From the NCBI GenBank assembly GCA_039545335.1, contig BCIN01000004.1, positions 1,230,925 through 1,294,924 on the forward strand: a stretch of DNA of 64,000 nucleotides, written 5' to 3'. How positions within the stretch are numbered: position 1 is the stretch's first letter; each line of letters starts with the position of its first letter. A program made the position numbers and the translations under genes. This document shows positions 1-13,843 of the stretch, in pieces. This DNA is from Kondoa subrosea (lineage: Eukaryota). A model generated the notes under the pieces. That model searched no databases. It saw nothing but the letters and a program-made list of their open reading frames with translations, and was not told the origin of the DNA.

Positions 1-2372
1 CGGTAGTCTCATATCGTCAAATCCTCTTTCCCCTAATATAAGTCCGCCAGGATCAGCTAATGCACATTTTCCAAAACCTCATCTATCTTTCAAACGGAGC
101 TTCTCATCTGATAGTGCACCTCCAGTGGACAGAAGACAATATGATACAGAAGAGCCAGATGAGCAAATGAACTTCGTTGCTACAGAACTTCAAGGGCTAT
201 GGCGGAATACTGAAAGTGATTTCGACTTGACTGTATTCTTCTACTCTGGAAATTGCATCTCTACAACATCGTCTGCATGCCATGAGCTCCCAGCCGAAAA
301 CCTTGCCAACAACCAAGTTGCGCTCGAAGATCCATTTGTTCCTAAGCACGCTTTAGTCGGATCGGATCGAGCCAGTCAGGGATCACTCATCAGCTGGGGT
401 CGCAATAAAGCTAAAACATCGATATCTCATATACCGAGCAAACCTGCTGGCGAGCTGAAAGAACCAGAGCTTGCACTCTTCCGGCGAACACTCACAATGG
501 CACTCTGCTACCAGCACATAGCTGTAAAGTCGGAAGATGATCTATCTTCTCTGCTATCGCGACTACTTATTTCAAGCCAATTGCGACAAGAATATACTTT
601 AGCCAGTCTCTTGTATCAAGCTTCCGAAACTCTGTCCAGCTTCTCGCAAAATCGACCTCATCTGTTGACTGAAGGTTCATCAGCGGTCGTCTCAGCAATT
701 TTAAAACCTCTTCAGTTGGAGGAAGCAAGTATCCGTAAAACTTTGGATCGCTTGTCTGAAGCGTTCGCCAAATTACGAGCAGAATGTCACCGCCTGCTAC
801 CAATAGCTCGACTCTCTCTGACACGTATGGACAATATGCGAGCTAGAATCTTCTTCCTTCAACAAATCGAACTGGTTTCTTCCTTATCAGAAACTGCAAG
901 TCGAATTGGAAACGATACTCGAACGTATGAAGAACAGCTTATTGCTCACGAGCAATTCAGTTCTTGGGCGAGCGCAAATCAAGTTCACGAATTCATCATT
1001 CCTTTTTCTGCAGCCGAAGCAGGCCAAAATGAAAGCCAATACCTTGAAATACTGCAGCATGTGGACAGAACGGCCAGCAGGATGTCAGAGGTAGAGAGTC
1101 TGGCGAACTTCTACAAAAGAGAAACGCCGCAACTTCGGCAATTCGCTCGAGCCTTTTTGCGCGAAGAAAAAGAGCGACCTGTTTCTATGTCAATCAGTCC
1201 CAATCCAATGACTTTCATAGCAAATTCGTCGCAGCTCGTTGTCGACCGCTTTGGTCAGCTGTTACCTAAACTGTCAAATACAGAAAGCATCGAAACGGAC
1301 GCGAAATTGGAAGAACCTTATACTTTCCTACCTTTTGGGGCTGCGCCTTCGTCTTTCGCTCAGTACACTGAGAAGTCCACCAATTCTTCCGCTGCAATCG
1401 ATACATGGATGCTGAAGCAACAGCTTCGACTCTCTGGCTATCTCTTGAGTTATTTGCACTCCTCGAGCCTTCTCAGTTTCGACGCAATTGGATCTGATGC
1501 TTGGTTTGAATCATACTCTTCAACCAACAAGTCGTTATCGTCGTCTTTACAGACCATCACGCCATTGTCGACTACTTTTCTCCGTCGATTTGCATTACAT
1601 CCAAATCCAACTGTCAAATTCATCGCTCTATTTGATCTTGAGCAGGTTCTAGTTGGCGTCTTAGCAAGTTCCGCTTCCTCTAGCAAGTCTCGTAAGGCAG
1701 AGAAACCCCCTGGCTATTTTAGAAAACTATCAATCAGTTTGAATCGTCGCACTACTACACTTGACGATTCTGGGCCAACCTCACCCACCAGACGAGGTCG
1801 TCACTCATCCCCAGGTGACAATGCAAGTACAATCACATCGGAACCGTCAGAGCTTCCGCTTCCACTCCCATCAGCTGGACTTCATCCTTTCCTCATACCA
1901 GCTCTGTCTACGCCGCCTTTACGAACATCAGATTCGTCGGAACCGCTCTCTACAGATGCTCTGCTGAATAATCTAGAACCCATCATCTTGAATGTACGAG
2001 CACCGCATCTCTTTGCCGCGTTACAAGCGGTTGCTGTTCTCGTGCCGAGTTCCGTGCTGGATATGCGGGAAGATGCAAAGGTAAGCCAATTATTAGTAAT
2101 TCCTACATACGGTCTGATGAGATGAGATTAGGCCTTTTGGGATGTCGCTTTGGCAAGTCTATCGCTCAAGGCGGAATTCGTGGCCGAAATGGTCACCACT
2201 TCCTTGGATCTACTACCACGTGGACTAGAGCAAGAGCGAGATGCTGCAAAGCGGTTGCTTACTATAGGTCGGTCTGTGTGTTCTTGGCGTCTGTTGATCC
2301 AGCTGAAAAGGGTTACTAGCTGCTCGAGAAGGCAACGAACAAGCTATCATGATCTTACCATCACTATCGTAA
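1..2372 (+). CDS. Large endosomal-sorting-type protein with probable C-terminal VPS9-like region (5' end outside window)
   Basis: 666-aa ORF 125-2125 continues through GT-AG introns (~2081-2131, ~2268-2320) to ...DAKAFWDVALASLSL...TIAAREGNEQAIMILPSLS* (TAA 2370-2372). The family guess comes from the helical 'STDALL..PHLF..LQ..A..VP..AFW' segment only. Confidence 0.45.
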
Positions 2373-3121
2373 TCTACATATCTACTGAACTACATCCCTT
2401 GTCCATTTCTCCGTTGGCTATACCTTTCATTGGCATCAACATCAAGCTTTCTTTTAACATCATCTGTTTTCGGCATTCTCAACAATACAACATTAAGATA
2501 TTTTACTTGTATACCCTCTCACGCTCGGTCTCCTAATTGATGATTATACTATTTTCTCGACCCAGAGCTCCAGATCAACCCTAAGACAAGTATCACATCA
2601 ATCCGCTTTATATCGCATAGGTACGTACTGATGGCAACACTATACTATTTCAAGCCCGACTTTAATGATAGATACATCCTCTACTCTTGTGGCCCTTTGG
2701 TCGCAATCAGTCCATTTTTACCCAATTACTTCCGCGCGCTGACAAGCAAACGTCTCGAGAAGATTACACTTGTGCATTCGTGGCTTATTGGCTCGAGAGA
2801 AGAGAGAGATTGAGCAGCATGCAGGAGCTTTGTCAAGTCTTAGCTAAACATTCGCGCTTATGTTGCGTAGTACTCTGATTCATAATGGAGTGATTCTCGC
2901 CTATTCTTAGTATTCTACGCGTCCAGACCCGTATGTTCTTAGGAGATTTCGCGTCAACTATCATGCCGTTATCAAGTGAACCTTGTTAGTCGCGGCCACG
3001 CTAGCGAATTGGATGTGAGGTCAATTTTGTATTTACGTAACACCCTATTTCGGTCAGCCTCTTCCCGACTCTCTCTCTCTCTCTCTTTCCTGCACAACGA
3101 ACATCGCAACGAAACAACAAC

Positions 3122-4431
3122 ATGTCTTACAACCAAGATTCCTCTGACTACTCGGTTCGTTATTGTGCTAAGCACTGAAAGCGGGGCACATTGCTTATCT
3201 CGTGCGAGCAGAGCAGCGCAGGCAACTATAACGATAATGACAACAGCCGCTCTGGAATGAACACTAGGTGAGTCCTTCCAAGGCAAAGCTAAGTGACAAC
3301 AAACGTATTGATTATGTGATAGTGATTCTTACGGATCTGGAAATGCTGGAAACGACTCTTATTCGTCTGGTGATCGCTCTGGCTTAGGTGGAGACGATTA
3401 TGGTTCATCTCGCTCAGGCAGAGATGCAGGTAAGCATATTTCATATTTCATGTCTCCGACTGAGCTTATGTAATGCACGCGTACAAGGTATGAGCGGTGG
3501 TGCTCTCTCTGGTGGTCAATTTGGCTCGTCCAACTCTGACTCGTATGATAAGTGAGTTGTTCTCCACTCGCTGTTCACAACCTTCAAGCTTAAGCTGTAA
3601 ATCAGCTCCAACTCGAGCTACGGCAATTCACGAGATGGTGGAATGACCAACACTGCTTCTGACTCAACATACGGCTCAGGCAATAACAACACTTCATCTT
3701 ATGGTGATAATAACACTTCATCTTATGGTGATAGCAACACTTCATCTTACGGAGGCAACAATACCTCATCATACGGAAACGACAACACAACCTCCTCTAC
3801 GGGCACCTATGGACAAGGAAACGATTCGACTGGATTGGGTTCCTCTGGCGGAAACGACTACACCAGAAGTTCTGATGTGGGCAATTCTGATTCGACTCGT
3901 CAAGCCTATGGTGCTTCTTCGACTGATCGCGAAACACCTTACGGAGGTGAGTCTATATGCTTCTATTCTGTGCGAGGTGGATTACTGATTGGTCTGTTCG
4001 AAGCTGGGGCTGGATATTCAATGGGCAGAGGTGAAGAACTCGGACAAGATCGCACCACTTCTTCCTACAATGACTCATCAAACACTGGATCTTCCTACAA
4101 TGACTCAAACACTGGATCTTCCTACAACGATTCAAACACTGGATCTTCCTACAATGACTCGAACAATGGAGCATCCAGCTACAATGACTCAAACACTGGA
4201 TCGGGTTACAACGATTCCGATTCTAGTTCTGGCTACAACAATTCAAACTCTGGATCGGGCAAAGCTGGATTCGGTGACAAGCTCAAGGGTACTTTTGAAT
4301 CTCTTCAAGGAAAGGTTAGTAACATTTCATTCTGCGACCTTTTGGCTTTGGTTGATTATCGATGATAGATGAAGAAGGACGATGACATGATTCAAAGAGG
4401 AGAAGCCAGGAAAGCTGGTAACCTCAACTAA
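3122..4431 (+). CDS. Gly/Ser/Asn/Asp-rich hydrophilin (LEA/dehydrin-like) with CsbD-like C-terminus
   Basis: ATG 3122, several short introns, low-complexity SSYG/SSYND repeats, ends GFGDKLKGTFESLQGK|MKKDDDMIQRGEARKAGNLN* (TAA 4429-4431), resembling the CsbD/YjbJ stress motif. Confidence 0.65.
4058..4255 (+). repeat. Coding tandem repeat, ~27-30 nt unit (NTGSSYNDS)
   Basis: About six imperfect copies of aacactggatcttcctacaatgactca. A second SSYG(D/G)NNT repeat lies at ~3685-3790. Confidence 0.85.
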
Positions 4432-4709
4432 GCGGTGGTAAATTTTCGGTTTCCCTAAATCTGAAAGGTTGTATGATAACTGGTGGTGACTTATGAAACA
4501 CGGGCAATATACATCTTGTGGTCTCTTCTCTCTCCTCTCTTAACATACTAAGCTTTCGGCTTTAGTGAGGCGGCGCTAACACCGCCAAGCTGGGATTGCT
4601 TTCGAATCTCTTCTTTCTTTCCTTCTTGTTGCCTGCTATTAGTACTTTATCCCCCTTCTTCGCTTGTTCCAAAACAGTATCGGCAGTTATTCTATCGTCC
4701 TGATCTACT

Positions 4710-5237
4710 ATGACTTATGAATTCCACTTTGTCGAGCTCGACAACAATCCATTCCCAGGCCAAAAACAGATCTATGTACATTGGAAGTACACGCTGGGTC
4801 AATGCGTACGAGAAGCTTTAGACAACTCAACGCCCTTGAAATGGACTCGTTTGAAACCTGCCGTGGATCCTTCCGAAAGGTTAACGATAGATGCAACGCA
4901 TGAACCATTCCTAACTCCAGAATTCAAGGAAGGTATGCTCATAATGACATTGAATGGTTGGGTAGTTGCGTACGCTATAATCGAAGGCAAGCATGACAAA
5001 AAGGGAGTTTTCTTACACCTTGCGGCTTTATACGTTCATCCCTCTCAGCAAAAGCGAGGTCATGGTACAGCCCTGACGGAGAAATTGATGCAAGCTGTTC
5101 GAAATTTGGGACATCATCAACGAGTGACCTTGTTGTATGCTGATGAAGCATCCAGAAAGTATTGGGAAGAGAAGCATGGATTCCGGAGAGTAACTCACGG
5201 AGGCAATGTATACACGCATGAGCGACATATAGTATAG
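4710..5237 (+). CDS. GNAT-family N-acetyltransferase, intronless
   Basis: 175-aa ORF with acetyl-CoA-binding motif A (LAALYVHPSQQKRGHGTAL) and motif B-like ASRKYWEEKHGF. Confidence 0.8.
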   Translation: MTYEFHFVELDNNPFPGQKQIYVHWKYTLGQCVREALDNSTPLKWTRLKPAVDPSERLTIDATHEPFLTPEFKEGMLIMTLNGWVVAYAIIEGKHDKKGVFLHLAALYVHPSQQKRGHGTALTEKLMQAVRNLGHHQRVTLLYADEASRKYWEEKHGFRRVTHGGNVYTHERHIV

Positions 5238-5382
5238 GAAATGCATCTTGTATTGTAACAGACGACAAGGACGAAGATTCCTCAGATCCTCGAAGGATTC
5301 ATTCAGCGAAGACTGTTCATCTATCCCAGAAAAGGAGAAGAGAGACTCGGGATTGCGTGCATACTTTGCTTCAAAGAGCAGG

Positions 5383-6290
5383 CTAAGATGACAAAGACAT
5401 GGAGTCTGGAAACCAAAGACAAAGCAATTTTAATTCGGAGAGCGAGATGAAGTGAATGGCCACCCAAACGACAGCAGGAGTAATCAACTCACGAAGTCTA
5501 ACAGTTAGCGTTGAACTGGACAGCGCATAGTCATCTTGGGCTTGCTTTACCATGCATGAAATTACTGGATCAAAGTCTTGCTTCTGACGAGTACCTACCC
5601 GCGCTGATGCAGGCCATCTACAAGTCAGATAATACTGCTCAGCGAATTGTCTTCGCTTCATATCGAATATTGGTTCTGAGCAGAAAGAGCAAGGAAAAGT
5701 TGCCAGAGATCTTGATAGTTCGGGCAACATTATCTTGCTTCTGCCCTTCGCTTGCTACTGCTGAACGAGTCCAAATGCGCGGTAGTATCATCAAGAAAGC
5801 TACTGCCATTGGGTTCAAAAGGCGAATACCTTGAAAGAATGAAGAACACGCTCATACTTTGATACAACGGATTGACTGCTTTCGCTTCTTTATTCGATTG
5901 TCCCACGACTCAAAAGATCGAGTACGATGTAGAAGAGCCGCAACAAACTATTCCTCTAGTCCGTATTTGTGACACCCCGTCAAACAGGAATCTGCATTGG
6001 CTTGTAAACATCCCTGCTTTCAAAGTTGGGCTGCAGCTGTTCTTTGGTCGAGTATATGGCTTCCGTAGTCACGAAAATCAATTCAAGCCTGGCTTTTGGC
6101 CCTTTGTCGAAGTCTCTATCTCGCTTGCGTGTTGCTGGATTTCCTATGCTTCCTGATACTCCGGGATATTGCAAATAAATCAAGCGTATCTATGCCACTT
6201 CGTCCTTACCTTCGAGCTCATCCGATGGCGATGCAGTATTTCATTGGCTGTTCTTCCCTATCCGATCTTACTTTCGGGATTTGCATAACC
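5383..6290 (-). CDS. Hypothetical multi-exon protein
   Basis: Consecutive minus-strand open segments (5980-6183, 5383-5730). No recognisable motif, boundaries unresolved. Confidence 0.2.
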
Positions 6291-6568
6291 ATAAGTTGGC
6301 TTCAAGATGCTGTTCATTTGGCTTGTATACCTTTGGCCTAGCCTGTATCTTGCCTCAATATGTCACTCACTTGACATATCATACGCACGGATTTACAGGT
6401 CATGCGCGGTCTTTAATCCGGTCTGTGTAATCTTAGGAGCTAAGCCTAATGCGAAGGCCGTGAATCTTTGCTATAAAACTTGCTGAGCGCTCTCTTCTCT
6501 TCTCTTTCCAAAGCCATTGCGCTCCATTCGATCTTTCTTTGCGACCTCTTACAAACGACAAAAACAAC

Positions 6569-7197
6569 ATGAATGTCATTCCTGGGGCAGAGCAACTCAC
6601 GGATTTATAGAGAAGCGCTCATACGCAAGCAATACATGCATACTATCTACACTGCCCAGGCTCTTCACAGGGCCACTCCGAGCAGGAACACGCGCAGGCT
6701 CAAGGCATATATAATAGCGTTTATCACCAGCACTATCCTGATGAGGGTCCTGACAAACCGCCCGAAGTGCCCAAGGGATACGCCAAATACCATCCTGCTG
6801 CCGCATATCCTCATGTGGCATTGAGATCCAGCGGTGCCTCGTCTGTCAGATCAGTCGCGCAGATTTTTTCTCCTGATGCAGCGATAGTGAGTAGACTGAC
6901 TCCTGAAAATGCAATTCTAATGATCATACTATCTCTTCAGCAAGCGCGATATGCTCCTGGCATTGGTAAAAAGCCTGCAGCTTTCCAGAAGAACGCTCGT
7001 TCCGATGAATCCCAATACACAACTGAAGGCGTAGTCAGTCGGCCGCTTACCGCAAACATGGTAAGCACAGTTTGAGAGATGTCAGAACATTATTCTCAGA
7101 TTACCTCAAACAGGCCGTCGATATGAAAGTACGAGTTGATAAGGATAAAGATGGTCAAGTGAAACGAAAGGAGTTCAGGAGGACCCATGAAACTTGA
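6569..7197 (+). CDS. Hypothetical small protein
   Basis: Open frame ...HYPDEGPDKPPEVPKGY... joined by plausible introns (~6887-6940, ~7061-7113) to AVDMKVRVDKDKDGQVKRKEFRRTHET*. TATA-like tataaaa at ~6472. Start uncertain. Confidence 0.35.
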
Positions 7198-7776
7198 TAG
7201 AGCTCGTTTTCCGTTCACTCGATGTAAAGGACATTCTCTTAAGTTATCTCATTTTGTAACATCACCATGCAATTCCATTTATAACCTTTGTACTTTTCTC
7301 TCGCTTTCTTGACTTGACTTGACCAAGGTTATGTTCCGGATGGCGAGACGAGAAATGAAAATCACGTAGCAGCGCTAGAACTTCTGCAATACTTTCATCT
7401 GGCATGGCGTTGACCTGTGCTTGCCTTCCTATAGCAGAACCGAATTCTGCGTGCATTTGCCTCGTATATCAAAGCGGAAGGCTCACTCGATGTCTGTTGT
7501 CCAAACGCTTTTGGCCGGAAGAGCATTCAGGGAAGTTGCGAAAGGGATGACAGAAATCACAGAAGCCATGGGAACACAGCGAAGCAGACAAAATGAGAAG
7601 AACGCGGTAGAAACAGAAGGTGACAAAACGGATATTACTCAGAGCAGGGTAAGGAGAGAGGACAACCAGGTTTGGGTTGCTCTTTTGGTTGGCTCCATTT
7701 TCTTGTACACAAATCTTTGTTTTTGCCTTTTTTTTGCTTTTCCCTTCCACTTCCTCTTCCCGCGTGTATTTCATCT

Positions 7777-8953
<1,177 letters not shown>

Positions 8954-9059
8954 TTTGAGGGAATTTGTTGAAATGATGGTTGAAGGTTAACTTGTGTTGG
9001 CCATATAATCTTCTTTCCTATTACTCTTTACAGTTCTCCCCCTTCTAAGCATTTACAAA

Positions 9060-9919
9060 ATGGCTGATCATAATGTGCGCTACTACGGCCGGGCCTTTAC
9101 AACGTTGCAATTCAACTGACTTGAGATTTTGCACTAAACAGGACAATGAGATTCTCGATGATGATGGACGTAACAACATGGATGAATTCGCAGAAGAATC
9201 TTACACTGAAGAAGATATTGAGAAGATGAAATTAAGAGTAGCTGAAATGGAAGCTGAAGCTGAAACTTTGAGACGAATGCAAGCTGGTTTGGATTCTGCT
9301 TCTGGTGGTCCTTCTCCTTCTGTTGCTAGTGGTAGTACACAAGAGAATGGTACTGGTACTGGAGCAGAGGGTAGTAGTAATGGAGGGAAGGTTGAAGAGG
9401 AAGATAGTGCAGAAGTGGATGCTAGGAGTATTTATGTTGGTAATGTTCGTATTCCATCTCGTTTTTGGCGAATATAGAGTTTCTGATATCCTGCGTACAG
9501 GTCGATTATGGAGCTACACCAGAAGAAGTTCAAACTCATTTCCATTCTTGCGGTTCGATAAACCGAGTAACCATTTTATGTGATAAATGGACCCAACAAC
9601 CAAAAGGGTTCGTTCCTCATTTCCTCCCTCTCTCCTTCACCCTTCATGATTACTCTCTATTCGTAGATACGCATACGTTGAATTCGCTGCATCAGATTCT
9701 TTACCTGCTGCACTAGCACTCAACGAATCCTTATTCAGAGGAAGACAGTTATCAGTCGTTGCGAAAAGGACAAACATACCTGGTTTCAACAGAGGAAGAG
9801 GTGGAAGAGGAAGAGGTACTTACAGAGGTGGTTATCAAAGAGGTGGCTATAGTCCTTATGGTCCACCTAGAGGAAGAGGAGCAAGGAGTCGTGGAAGAGG
9901 GAGAGGTGGCTGGTATTAG
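9060..9919 (+). CDS. PAB2: Nuclear poly(A)-binding protein (PABPN1/Pab2)
   Basis: Coiled coil [34 protein letters not shown]...KG|YAYVEF, KRTNIPG, then RGG-rich tail. Confidence 0.93.
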
Positions 9920-10251
9920 ATTATAGGTATCTAGAAGGTGGAGAAGAATGGTCATGTATAGAGCACAAAAACTCGTAAGAACTTCCGAAAAGGCAATCCT
10001 CATTCAAGAGGAAAACATGTATAATTTGCCAGGCTGCGCTTCTTCTCTTCTTCTTCTTCTCTTCCTATCTGGCTTCTGTATCTATCCTCTGCCGAGCTAT
10101 GTGTGTTCCCGTCGCTCTTCTACTGCATTTAGCTTTAGCTTTAAATTTCCGTCTCATCTAATCAGACAAGTGGGAAGGAAGAAGAACATAATTGCATGCT
10201 ATACAACTCTAGCGATAGGAAGAAAGCTTCGAGTACAAGTAAGGTGGTCCT

Positions 10252-12281
10252 TTAATAGCCGTTTGGGTGCCACCCATGAACAGGATTAGCAGCTCGCGCA
10301 CTAAAGTGGTTGCTTGGAGGGATATTGTTGGCTGGAGGTGCAGGAGCAGGGATAAATCCATGCTGACGGTAATCGTAGGAAGATTTGTAGTAGGCAGGAG
10401 ATTGTGGAGGACGGACATATCTCGCTTGCTCTTGTTCGTTGGAAGAAGTACCTGGGAAGCGGGGCGAGTTTGAAGACGGCTGCGGTGGTGAGTGTTGAAA
10501 GCCAGGCTTAGCAGCATAGCCAGACGTGTTGCCGGTTGGTACACGAGTGCTCATTTTGGCGAAATGAGCATTCATGTTGTACTCGCTTTGAAGCTTAGCG
10601 GTGTAGCCTGTTACGGGAGATATCAAAAACAAGTCGATTGTGACAGCACAAGGTGTAGCTTACGGCTGATCTGGTTCTGGGTGTTTTCTAATGCTAAAAT
10701 CTATTGCAACTTGTCAGCAAGTACACTTTGGCAAGCTGGTAGACACACATGTTTCCACATATGTTGGTGCTAGTAGAAGGAAACGATCAGACACTAGACA
10801 TCTCTAGCAAAGCTTAATTTGCCAACCTCGATGAACCAATGGAGCTTTTCTGGCAATTGCATGGCTTCTATTGATAATTGCGCCGCGAGGTCATTGAAAG
10901 TATGATACGCGGTAGCTCCGTTACCGCAATAGAGGAGCGTCTTGTTAATCGATTCAATGATTACCGGCGCCTGTTTTCAAGTCAGGTGTATGATCGCCAA
11001 ATCAGGATTTAACTCACTCTATTCGGATCAAGCACTTCTTGCTCGGCACACCATGATTTGAACTTGTAAGGTTTATACAAGTCACACTTGATGATCTGGC
11101 TAATATTGAGCATGGGTCCAATCTAAAGCCCAGATCGGTCATCCTGCCAAATATGGTCTGTCTCGGCAAAGAAAGCTCACAATCGTAGCGTAGAAGCTCT
11201 GAAGTCCAAATAGATGTTAACCGAGCTGGCGCATACGTATGAAGGGTGCGTACAGCCATAAGATCTGCCAACTTGCGATGACCTTGAAGCTCCCTGAGAT
11301 ACGATTTCTCCGCTTCCACCAGATCTGCCAATCTGATCAATCCATATTTATACTGAGAATTCTGTGCAGCCAGAACGAGATCCATCAGTGGACGATCGCT
11401 ATTAAACTTGGATTTGCTAACCTTGTGTATCAGATTGACTTCGGCTTCTACATAGCTCTCTGGTGGCTTCATCTTCCATGCTGCGACCCTGATCAGACTA
11501 ATTGGATTGAGACGATGCATGTAGTAGATGAGTCTGCAAGCGTTGGCTCCCTTAGTAGCAATTTCAGTCATTGGATGAATCAAGCGCACGGATGCCTACA
11601 TCTCGCGTCCAATATGATTCGATGGAGAATTTCGGCTTGGCGATATACTTTTGCAGGTATAATCCGAGTTGCTTCTTGTGCTCGTCAATTAATGTTCCAT
11701 CCCATTTGAATTTAGTCCCAACCAGCTCGACCTGAAAGGTAAGTGGTCAGACAATGCTTCGAATGCTGGAAAAGACATATACTTGTTCGGCCCACCCGCT
11801 AGGCTCTATTTTCTCCTTGCCAAACCATTTTTTTCGCTCATCCTTTCGGAAAAAGATATGAGAAAAGTCTGTGAGATGCTGAGCAAGTTCCCATTGCTCA
11901 GTCTGTGGGGCAAGAGTATGAGTTTGCGTACTTTTATACCAGGGCTGGAGCCTTACTGCTCTCCAGAATGTGCTGTCGGTCTCAAAGGAGGATTAGAATC
12001 AGATTCAGCGCAGGTATTCGTAGCTACGCTTACCTCAGGAAATTCCTTGATGAGCTTCGATTTTACAGCCATATCGTACAATTCACCGTAAAGCGTGGTC
12101 AGACCCGGAAGCTGTGCTTTGGAGTCAGATTCACTGTCTGCGAAGTTGAACTGTATGGATACATATAGCATGTAAGCGAGCATCTACTGCAATGGAGACG
12201 AAAGGGACCTTTTGCAGATTAGCTTCGGCTCGGAAGAGTACTTCATCTCTCTCGTCTTCTCTTACGTTTGGGTATTGCATC
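10252..12281 (-). CDS. Hypothetical multi-exon protein(s)
   Basis: Chain of minus-strand open segments (11953-12183, 11014-11589, 10252-10632) with splice-like sites. No recognisable family; may be more than one gene. Confidence 0.3.
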
Positions 12282-12668
12282 AGTAGAGATAGATGAACGG
12301 GAAGTCTCAAGCGCAAATCGAGAGTAGAAAAGAGTAGTTTGGAACAGACGAGGAGCAGCAGAAGAGGCAATTGAGTTGACTAGGACTGATCAGAAGATTC
12401 GGAAATCTTCTGACTTCTTCCGAGGATCGCTTTTTGGCATCACGGATGAGGTAGCAGGCAGATCAACGTCTGAAGATTACTAGACCGAAAAGCTCCATGG
12501 ATTTTGGTCTTGCGAAAGGCCAAAAGAGATCTGACGAAGAACAAAGGATCTTTTACTAGCACCGAGCTTGATGAATCTCGGTCGATTTTACAGACACCCT
12601 TCCAATAAATATAGGAAACGTTGTACAACAAGCGGCTTCTGAACTTCCTCATATTACAATTTCGGTCT

Positions 12669-13760
12669 TTACTGAGCTTTCTTTCTTGGTTTCTTGCTTG
12701 ACGTGGCTGGTATTTCGACAGCGACATTATCTTCTTTCATTGGTGTAGCTTTAGCTTGAGCAGCAGCAGTAGTAGATCTAGTAGCTCTTCTCTCAATTTG
12801 AGGTTTCGTAGGTTCAGGTGAAGGGAGAGATATAGTTGAAGATTGTTTGATTGATGATGAGGGATTGATCTTCAATGGTGAATCTATTGTTGCAGTAGGG
12901 GTAGAAGGAGTAGATTGTTTGCGAGGAGATTTCCTAGGTGAAGAAGGTGCTGATTTAGGTTTAGTTGGAGAAGATCGCTTGGCTTTGATTGGAGCTGGCT
13001 CGACTCCATTATCTGTTGAATAGTCTAGCTCGATAGTCGACGAGCGTTCGGCAAGATACTGCGATAACGATCAGCATCCAGAATTAAGATGAGAGCCGTG
13101 ACTGACTTGGAAAGCTTGTAAGCTGACTATTCCCGTCAAAGCAACTGATATTAGTAGATGAGCTACAGCCAGATCGCGCAGAAGGTCGAGACTGTGATGA
13201 GAGCTTGGTATCGTGGCTTGTAGTTCGAGTGATTCTGCATTCGTCTTTAGCTTCAAACCTTATAGATCACAGTAAACGCTCACTGTCTTGCAGTGTAGTT
13301 GCCCATGTACCCAATGCAGCGAGGTAAAGTACTATAAACCCAAAGCCATCAGCCTGATCCCGTTCTTTCGTGCGCATGAACAGACCCAAACTTGCTCCAT
13401 CGAACAAGAGATTACTTGTAGACCCAGATAATATCTTGCTAAGTAGTATGGCCACTGCGAAAGTGCCTAGCCCGAAGTTGAGCCATTCAAGAGATTGAGG
13501 TGCAGTAAGTCTTTGACTGTAGAATCGCTCGGCAGCTGCTTGCGCTCCAGCTTGAATTGGTCTAGACCACAAGATTCCATGATCCGCTATCCAGTAGCCT
13601 GCTCTAGCCAATCAGAGGAATGCCAGAATGCCAGAGGTTTGTTATGCGGATTTACCAAATGAGTTTCTAGCTCCCTCTCGGATCAGTCTCGCCCTGTTAC
13701 CTCTGCATTGTAAGCTCACCCAAGCAAAACAGCCGTAGGTACAATGGTCAACAGGGACAT
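12669..13760 (-). CDS. SHR3: Shr3-family ER chaperone for amino-acid permeases
   Basis: Spliced product MSLLTIVPTAVLLG|NSF|GYWIADHGILW..., signature SNLLFDGASL|VLYL, LAVAHLLISVALTGIVSLQA, four hydrophobic segments, basic tail ending KKAQ*. Confidence 0.85.
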
Positions 13761-13843
13761 GGCTGTAAATTGTCAACAAATGACCAAATATGGTCAATTC
13801 ATGCTCTGCAATGCTAATGTACAATCCCGAAACGAACGTAGGC

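Noticed and set aside
4058..4255. CRISPR-like regularly spaced repeats
   Set aside because: In-frame coding tandem repeats without unique spacers, in a eukaryotic gene.
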